A stretch of DNA of 32,000 nt from Candidatus Thorarchaeota archaeon. GTDB lineage: Archaea; Asgardarchaeota; Thorarchaeia; Thorarchaeales; Thorarchaeaceae. Below, piece after piece: positions 24,997-32,000 of the stretch. The position numbers and the translations under genes were made by a program. The DNA lies in NCBI GenBank assembly GCA_008080745.1, contig SHMX01000003.1, forward strand, positions 516,264 through 548,263, in the 5' to 3' direction. The stretch's first letter is position 1, and every line of letters begins with the position of its first letter. The notes beneath the pieces are model-generated. The model made no database searches and was not told the origin of the DNA. It was given only the letters and a program-made list of their open reading frames with translations.

Positions 24997-25914
24997 CTTT
25001 CAACCCTGCTTCTAGTCTGATTGAAACACTGTCCTACTTTTCTAGGCATCTACATGACAGAACCTTTCAACCCTACTTCTAGTCTGACTGAAACCTGCAT
25101 AGTGCTGTTGTTGCAGAAGACCCATTAAGCCTTTCAACCCTACTTCTAGTCTGACTGAAACCACCAATGAGAATGAGGACTCTGAGAATTCCTACCGAGC
25201 TTTCAACCCTACTTCTAGTCTGACTGAAACCATCAATGACAGATACAGAACCCCTCCTCGACCTACTCTTTCAACCCTACTTCTAGTCTGACTGAAACCT
25301 ATAAGAACTGGCTTTTGCATCAACAAATAGACAAACTTTCAACCCTACTTCTAGTCTGACTGAAACTTGACCCAGAAAATGAGAAAGTCTTCAATGAGTT
25401 GACTTTCAACCCTACTTCTAGTCTGACTGAAACTGTGACGTCCCGAACAGACCTCTTCGAGCTCTTCGAAGCTTTCAACCCTACTTCTAGTCTGACTGAA
25501 ACCTTTTTTTTCAATCTCATTTTCGATTTAAATTATATAATCTTTCAACCCTACTTCTAGTCTGACTGAAACATCCACCGCACCATCTATTTCGAGTTTT
25601 ACAAAAGTCTTTCAACCCTACTTCTAGTCTGATTGTAACTCGGGTTTCGTTCCGAACTTCGGATTTACCACGTAATTCTTACTTTCAACCCTACTACTAG
25701 TCTGATTGTAACCTGTTAGTGCCATACATTTCATTTACTCCTTTTATTCCTTTCAACCCTACTACTAGTCTGATTGTAACACTGATAGAACATCTTCTGT
25801 ACTTTTTCACCAACCCCTTTCAACCCTACTACTAGTCTGATTGTAACCATGCAGGGAAATCCTACATGGTCAAAAAAGTATAACTTTCAACCCTACTACT
25901 AGTCTGATTGTAAC
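24997..25914 (-). CRISPR. CRISPR array 1: 14 repeats of 31 nt, 13 spacers of 36-42 nt
   Basis: Plus-strand repeat CTTTCAACCCTACT(T/A)CTAGTCTGA(C/T)TG(A/T)AAC. The reverse strand resembles Thermococcales-type GTT(A/C)CAATAAGAC...TTGAAAG repeats, suggesting minus-strand transcription; the most divergent repeat is at 24997. Confidence 0.97.
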
Positions 25915-26034
25915 TGGTGCTATTTTTATGCGTTTTTACCAAAATAAGGGTTATGGGCCTCGCTCCAGAGAGCATATTTCAAAAACCTCCGGTGCTGCAG
26001 CAATCCTTGGAAATCCAAGAAAAGCACCATATTT
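25915..26034 (-). promoter_or_regulatory. Putative ~120-bp leader of array 1, including a hairpin (25991-26028) after the AKR stop
   Basis: AT-rich segment abutting the last repeat; GGTGCT...CTTGG-AAAT-CCAAG...AGCACC stem. Confidence 0.5.
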
Positions 26035-26838
26035 CTACCAATCAGGAGCGAAAGCGGGGTCGATGAGTCTTTTTTCCTTGTCAATCGATTGGATCTTTTT
26101 GATATCTTCGTTATCCAATCTGAGATTTGCAGCATCAAGATTCTCTTGAATATGCTCCTTACTGGTGCCTTTTGGAATAGCAGCTACCTTCTCATGACTC
26201 CAAAGCCAAGCAAGACTGACCTGTGCTTCGCTGACATCATGTTTCTCAGCAATCTCTTGGAGTTCAGGGATATCCATCACATTACCTCGAGCTAGAGGAG
26301 AGTATGCAACCAGGGTCATATCCTTCTCTTGGAGATATTTTAGCATCTCATCCTGCTGATTCAATGGATGTGTTTCTACCTGATTTGCGATGATGGAATA
26401 TTCGGACACCTTCAGAGCTTCATCAAGCAATACTGGTGTAAAATTACTCACGCCAATATGTTTGATTTTGTCTTCATCCACAAGTTCACCCATCGCCTTG
26501 AATGTACCTTCGGGGTCATATTTTCCAGCAGGCCAGTGAACATAGAGAAGGTCGATATAGGCGGTATCAAGTCTCTCAAGACTCTTATCGACGCTCTTCT
26601 TCAAATCTTCGTGTCCAAGTCTATCGATCCAGACCTTTGTGGCAAGAATGATCTCACCTCTTGGCACATCGGATTGGTTCAAACCTTTTCCAACATACTC
26701 TTCATTTTTGTAGAACTGGGCGGTATCAATGTGCCGATACCCAAGTTCAAGTGCAGTTTTCACACTCTCTGCACATTGTTCTGGGTCCGTATTCTGCCAA
26801 GTTCCAAGTCCAATCCGGGGAATCACTAAATGTCTCAT
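26035..26838 (-). CDS. Aldo/keto reductase
   Basis: IPRIGLGTW, GYRHIDTAQFYKNE, LATKVW, YIDLLYVHWP, IGVSNF, AYSPLA, IPKG. Confidence 0.95.
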   Translation of the reverse strand: MRHLVIPRIGLGTWQNTDPEQCAESVKTALELGYRHIDTAQFYKNEEYVGKGLNQSDVPRGEIILATKVWIDRLGHEDLKKSVDKSLERLDTAYIDLLYVHWPAGKYDPEGTFKAMGELVDEDKIKHIGVSNFTPVLLDEALKVSEYSIIANQVETHPLNQQDEMLKYLQEKDMTLVAYSPLARGNVMDIPELQEIAEKHDVSEAQVSLAWLWSHEKVAAIPKGTSKEHIQENLDAANLRLDNEDIKKIQSIDKEKRLIDPAFAPDW

Positions 26839-27000
26839 ATACTTAACTATATTTTACTTCCTTTTAAAACTCAGGAAATGAAGAAGAAACCAAAGAAATC
26901 ATGATGATACAGAAAGAAACAGTCTATGCGTACTTCTTTATTCGGGTATGAGACCAGATAGTAACATCTATAGTATGTGTGTAATAGATGAAGTTTGTGA

Positions 27001-28137
27001 ATGACTATGAAGATTGGATTCCTGATCAATCCTATTGCGGGTATGGGTGGTAGAGTAGGCCTGAAGGGTACAGATGGGGTTGTAGAGGAGGCAATCGAGA
27101 GAGGTGCTGAACCAGTGGCACCAAAGAGAGCCAAGGCCTTTCTTACTTCACTTGAGAGCCTTATCGAATCCAATGATAGAGATATTGATGTGATTACCTG
27201 TCCTACAGAGATGGGAGCTGGTATCTGCAAAGAGGTGGGGATAGTACATGAAACAGTGGACATGGATGTCCCTGAGAAAACAACAGCGAAGCACACCAGA
27301 GAGGCAACCAGATTACTCTACGAGAGAGGGGTTAGACTTCTTGTATTCGTGGGTGGAGATGGTACTGCAAGAGATATTCTGGATGCTGTCAATGAGCACA
27401 GTCTGGAGGATCTGGAGGTGCTAGGTGTTCCCTCAGGTGTTAAAATGTACAGCGGGGTCTTTGTTGTCAGTCCACCTGATGCAACTGAAGTAGTTAGGTT
27501 GGTAATAGAAGGAAGAGCTGGTACAGCCGAAGTCGAAGTCATGGATGCGGATGAAGAGGCATTTCGAGAGGATAGATTTGACATACGACTCTACGGCTAT
27601 CTACAGGCACCCTCTGTTCCCGCTAGATTTCAGGGAGCTAAGCAGGCGAGTCCCGAGACCGTTAATGAACAGGAAGCACAAGAGGCCATTGCTCGTTATG
27701 TTGTTGACAATATGGAACCTGATAGCACGTATATCTTTGGACCTGGCACTACAGTCAAGACTGTGACAGACCTCCTCGAATTAAAGAAGACTACATTGGG
27801 CGTGGACCTGTATAAGGATGAAACTATGCATAATGATGTGAACGAGTCCAAGATTCTTGACTTGGTTGAAAACTTTGAGAGGGCACACATCATTGTATCA
27901 CCAATAGGACATCAAGGCATGTTGTTTGGACGAGGAAATCAACAGATCAGTCCGAAGATAATCGAACGTGTTGGAAAAGAAGATATCACCGTCCTATGTA
28001 CACCTGCTAAGCTTCGTGGAATCGATGGTGGTACTCTTAAAGTCGATACTGGCAATCCTGATGTGGACGAGATGCTCAGAGGATACATACGAGTGGTAAC
28101 GGACTACAATGAGATTCGACTAGTAAAAATAGAATGA
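27001..28137 (+). CDS. ATP-NAD kinase / AcoX family protein (COG3199-like)
   Basis: NPIAGMGGRVGLKGTDG, GGDGTARD, GVPSGVKMYSGVF, GPGTT, GRGNQQIS, VDTG. Confidence 0.9.
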   Translation: MTMKIGFLINPIAGMGGRVGLKGTDGVVEEAIERGAEPVAPKRAKAFLTSLESLIESNDRDIDVITCPTEMGAGICKEVGIVHETVDMDVPEKTTAKHTREATRLLYERGVRLLVFVGGDGTARDILDAVNEHSLEDLEVLGVPSGVKMYSGVFVVSPPDATEVVRLVIEGRAGTAEVEVMDADEEAFREDRFDIRLYGYLQAPSVPARFQGAKQASPETVNEQEAQEAIARYVVDNMEPDSTYIFGPGTTVKTVTDLLELKKTTLGVDLYKDETMHNDVNESKILDLVENFERAHIIVSPIGHQGMLFGRGNQQISPKIIERVGKEDITVLCTPAKLRGIDGGTLKVDTGNPDVDEMLRGYIRVVTDYNEIRLVKIE

Positions 28138-28216
28138 TAGCACCGTGTGTTCCGACTTCAGAGAAAATGTGTGAGTAAATAAGGGGGAAATGCAAACCAA
28201 TTATGCAGGTGAGTAG

Positions 28217-28966
28217 ATGATAATACTCTTGACGGATTTTGACGAGTCTGAATATGTTGGCATGATGAAAGGGGTTATCTGTTCCATATCGCCTGAAACC
28301 AGAATTATCGATTTGACCCATAGTATCCCACCTCAATCAATTCGCGAGGGTGCCTGGGTGTTATACAAGAGCTATAGATACTTCCCAAGAGGATCCATCT
28401 TCGTCTGTGTTGTCGATCCGGGGGTTGGAACTGAACGTGATGCCATCCTCATAACTACTGAAAACTACATCTTCATCGGTCCGGATAATGGATTGATGAG
28501 CCCTGCAGCTGAAGACGATGGAATCAAAGAGATCTCCAAGTTGATGGTTGATAAACAGGCCTCTATGACGTTTCATGGAAGAGATGTATTTGCAAAGAGT
28601 GCTGCATACTATTGTATTGATAAGATTCAGGGACTTCTCGGAGGGTTCAAGCCCGAGCTATCGGTTAATTTAAAGTTCTATCAAGAGGGGCATTCGGGAG
28701 AGGTAGTGCGAATCGATAGGTTTGGAAATGTCATTACCAATATTCCAGCAGCCAGTGCCACCCAATACAGATTGACCTCCCCAAGCCTAAAATGGACCTT
28801 ACCTTGGAGGGCAACATATCAAGATGGCCCAGAATCCGAACTGTTCCTTATCACCAACAGCTATGGTACTCTGGAGATTGCTGCTAGGAACTCTAGCGCA
28901 GTAGACAATATTCCTTTGAGAATCGGTGATAGACTAACCTTGAAACCGATTGAGTATCAAGGATGA
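28217..28966 (+). CDS. SAM hydroxide adenosyltransferase / chlorinase-fluorinase family (DUF62)
   Basis: LLTDF, IDLTH, VVDPGVGT, GPDNG, TFHGRDVF, IDRFGN, NSYGTLEIA. Confidence 0.93.
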   Translation: MIILLTDFDESEYVGMMKGVICSISPETRIIDLTHSIPPQSIREGAWVLYKSYRYFPRGSIFVCVVDPGVGTERDAILITTENYIFIGPDNGLMSPAAEDDGIKEISKLMVDKQASMTFHGRDVFAKSAAYYCIDKIQGLLGGFKPELSVNLKFYQEGHSGEVVRIDRFGNVITNIPAASATQYRLTSPSLKWTLPWRATYQDGPESELFLITNSYGTLEIAARNSSAVDNIPLRIGDRLTLKPIEYQG

Positions 28967-31900
28967 CCTCCTTAATTGGAGCTTATTTTCTGTAGCGCGA
29001 TTATCGGAGCGCCTCTGCCATGGCCCTTCAATCTCTTTCAATCTCCTTAGTTGGAGCTTATTTTCTGTAGCGTAAGCACCTGATATTGATATATGGTGAT
29101 GGCAACTATCTTTCAATCTCCTTAGTTGGAGCTTATTTTCTGTAGCCTGTCAGGAACTCTGGATATAAGAAGGATTGCGGGTATCTTTCAATCTCCTTAG
29201 TTGGAGCTTATTTTCTGTAGCATTTGTTCTGATTGTGGTCATGCTACTTGTGCGGAATGCTTTCAATCTCCTTAGTTGGAGCTTATTTTCTGTAGCTCAA
29301 CACAGAAACTAGCGGTTGGCGGGGACATAGACTTTCAATCTCCTTAGTTGGAGCTTATTTTCTGTAGCACAATGCTATTACAATACCACCCGCCAGACTG
29401 AGCAGATCTTTCAATCTCCTTAGTTGGAGCTTATTTTCTGTAGCCAGACTCCGTTCTTGAAGAACGACTCTCGCGACGCTGAACTTTCAATCTCCTTAGT
29501 TGGAGCTTATTTTCTGTAGCCTACTCAAACAGCATATTCTGATGAAACAGGTATTTTTACTTTCAATCTCCTTAGTTGGAGCTTATTTTCTGTAGCGAAT
29601 TGATGAAATAGTTGAACTTATAGAAGAATCAGATAGCTTTCAATCTCCTTAGTTGGAGCTTATTTTCTGTAGCAGGTAGTTGTGCCGCCAGTTCCAGCGT
29701 GGGGGATCGGCTTTCAATCTCCTTAGTTGGAGCTTATTTTCTGTAGCATTGGGAGAATCAGCGACACCTAGACCGTTCAATTCTTCTTTCAATCTCCTTA
29801 GTTGGAGCTTATTTTCTGTAGCGCTGCAAAAGGCGCAAGATTCAGTCTAGAAACAATTCACTTTCAATCTCCTTAGTTGGAGCTTATTTTCTGTAGCTCT
29901 TCTTCAAGTGTTGCTATCCAGTCGGAGACTGGGTACTTTCAATCTCCTTAGTTGGAGCTTATTTTCTGTAGCTCGGTTGAGAATTCTACAGGAGATTCAA
30001 TATTTTCCGACTTTCAATCTCCTTAGTTGGAGCTTATTTTCTGTAGCAAATAGTTCGGGAAAATCTACAACAATCAACAACAAGTGCTTTCAATCTCCTT
30101 AGTTGGAGCTTATTTTCTGTAGCGATGTTGTTGAAATTGATGGTCTTACTCCTTCAACTGACTTTCAATCTCCTTAGTTGGAGCTTATTTTCTGTAGCAA
30201 TTAGGTGGCGGTCTGATTGTCATAGATCAGGAATACTTTCAATCTCCTTAGTTGGAGCTTATTTTCTGTAGCGATGGTACTATGGCTATTTCATTGGTCC
30301 TAGACTTAACCTTTCAATCTCCTTAGTTGGAGCTTATTTTCTGTAGCTTTTGCCTATGGCAAAGACTCCACTGGAGCCTGTTTCATCTTTCAATCTCCTT
30401 AGTTGGAGCTTATTTTCTGTAGCAGAGATGTATCTATGCGTGGGGCGTTCACAGGCCTGGGTCTTTCAATCTCCTTAGTTGGAGCTTATTTTCTGTAGCC
30501 TCTGCACCATCAGGAGTAACAAAACTTCGAACCACCGCTTTCAATCTCCTTAGTTGGAGCTTATTTTCTGTAGCCGTTCAACATACTAATGCGACTTGGC
30601 TTAGGGCTTTTTATTCTTTCAATCTCCTTAGTTGGAGCTTATTTTCTGTAGCTATGTTGGCATGTACTAAGGGACGTGCAAAATATCCCCTCTTTCAATC
30701 TCCTTAGTTGGAGCTTATTTTCTGTAGCTCTACAGACCGAGTTCGTGTTGTCGCGACCGGTTCCAGCTTTCAATCTCCTTAGTTGGAGCTTATTTTCTGT
30801 AGCTTCAACTTGGGCGCGACGTGGGTCTACGACGACTCCCTTTCAATCTCCTTAGTTGGAGCTTATTTTCTGTAGCAAAATCGCATATGGAGAAACTGAA
30901 ACTTTTGATGCAACTTTCAATCTCCTTAGTTGGAGCTTATTTTCTGTAGCTATTTCATGTATTCGAAAACGGATGTAATATCAAGATACTTTCAATCTCC
31001 TTAGTTGGAGCTTATTTTCTGTAGCTCTTATTTTTCATGATCACAGATTTAAGACGTTTCTTCACTTTCAATCTCCTTAGTTGGAGCTTATTTTCTGTAG
31101 CCTATCAATGAGTGGCACATTAGTCGGGCTCGGACTGGCTTTCAATCTCCTTAGTTGGAGCTTATTTTCTGTAGCCCACAGGTAATATGAACGAAAGGTT
31201 GAGCCACTTCCTCTTTCAATCTCCTTAGTTGGAGCTTATTTTCTGTAGCATGATTCGAAGTGTCGAATAGCCTTAATTACTCCGAACTTTCAATCTCCTT
31301 AGTTGGAGCTTATTTTCTGTAGCTATGAGCCTAGACAATGCTAGTAAGAAGTATCTAGGCGCTTTCAATCTCCTTAGTTGGAGCTTATTTTCTGTAGCGC
31401 AGGTCATAGGACAACTCCCTGAGCCAATTCAAATAATCTTTCAATCTCCTTAGTTGGAGCTTATTTTCTGTAGCTGAAATAAGGAAAGCAATTGGTGATA
31501 CACACCCCTATGATCTTTCAATCTCCTTAGTTGGAGCTTATTTTCTGTAGCGATTTGACTTACAAACTGTTGTAGTAACAGAATTGTCTTTCAATCTCCT
31601 TAGTTGGAGCTTATTTTCTGTAGCATTAGATGCAACAGTGGTATAATCAGAAGTCTGCGCTGCTTTCAATCTCCTTAGTTGGAGCTTATTTTCTGTAGCA
31701 TAAGTGGCAATTCCAATAGTCTTTCCAACCAACTCGTCTTTCAATCTCCTTAGTTGGAGCTTATTTTCTGTAGCTAGTGTCTTTCGGTTTGCGCGTCAAA
31801 GACCGGTCTCGATCTTTCAATCTCCTTAGTTGGAGCTTATTTTCTGTAGCCGTAACTCGATAGCATTTCCAGCCGTGTGCGTGAATTGCTTTCAATCTCC

Positions 31901-32000
31901 TTAGTTGGAGCTTATTTTCTGTAGCTGAACATCAATGACAATGTTGAGATCCGTGTGACATTGCTTTCAATCTCCTTAGTTGGAGCTTATTTTCTGTAGC
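28960..32000 (-). CRISPR. CRISPR array 2: 41 repeats of 37 nt (40 identical + 1 degenerate), 40 spacers of 35-41 nt, truncated by the window end
   Basis: Minus-strand repeat GCTACAGAAAATAAG-CTCC-AACTAA-GGAG-ATTGAAAG: hairpin followed by the canonical 8-nt ATTGAAAG tag. The degenerate trailer repeat at 28960-28996 puts the leader beyond 32000. Confidence 0.98.

Noticed and set aside
25503-25541. Array 1 spacer 8 shares TTTCAATCTC with the array 2 repeat
   Set aside because: Only 10 low-complexity nt; the rest is unrelated.
150-28576. Many 60-195 aa antisense or alternate-frame ORFs overlapping strong genes (e.g. 553-918, 7989-8573, 18239-18730, 26368-26829)
   Set aside because: Shadow ORFs with Ser/Thr/Pro-rich mirror composition and no motifs.
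26035-28966. Genes between the arrays as cas or ancillary effectors
   Set aside because: All three match ordinary enzyme families; no Cas1/2/3/6/7/10, CARF or RAMP motifs seen.
29025-29044. First array 2 spacer ends in CTTCAATCT, echoing the repeat start
   Set aside because: Spacer length is normal (38 nt), so a slippage duplication is not needed; likely chance.
25320-31744. ORFs inside arrays (25320-25520, 28934-29116, 29908-30102, 31538-31744; also 24709-25020 overlapping repeat 1)
   Set aside because: Read-through of repeats such as ATENKLQLRRLK; not genes.
1-32000. tRNA, rRNA, transposase or integrase genes
   Set aside because: No cloverleaf, rRNA signature or DDE/tyrosine-recombinase motif recognised by eye; a tRNAscan/Infernal run would be decisive.

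Overview
Genomic window from an Asgard archaeon, most likely Ca. Thorarchaeia (inferred). The basis is a single-domain gelsolin, three tandem Roadblock/LC7 genes, a longin+roadblock-like protein, an Ig-stalked family-5 substrate-binding protein and Fwd subunits. The core is metabolic: a B12-dependent acyl-CoA mutase large subunit with an isobutyryl-CoA-mutase-type active site, cobO, an iron-sulfur flavoprotein, fwdDBA, 2-oxoacid/acetoin dehydrogenase E1a-E1b-E2 without E3, lplA, an AhpD-like protein, a cupin, a Zn-dehydrogenase, an aldo/keto reductase, an ATP-NAD/AcoX kinase-family protein and a DUF62 SAM hydrolase. Two AT-rich two-gene islets are inserted: an uncharacterised C39-like peptidase + tandem winged-helix protein pair (3481-4965) and a HEPN-MNT toxin-antitoxin pair. 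The right end has two CRISPR arrays of different repeat families (31-nt x14; 37-nt x41, running off the window), both inferred to be transcribed from the minus strand, with no cas genes in view. The best leads are: the C39/wHTH islet; the block-wise repeat evolution of array 1; the apparent antisense bias of array 2 spacers; the structured lplA leader with an in-frame UGA; the circularly permuted SBP; and an unannotated 41-aa zinc-finger ORF. All assignments come from motif recognition by eye; no searches were run.
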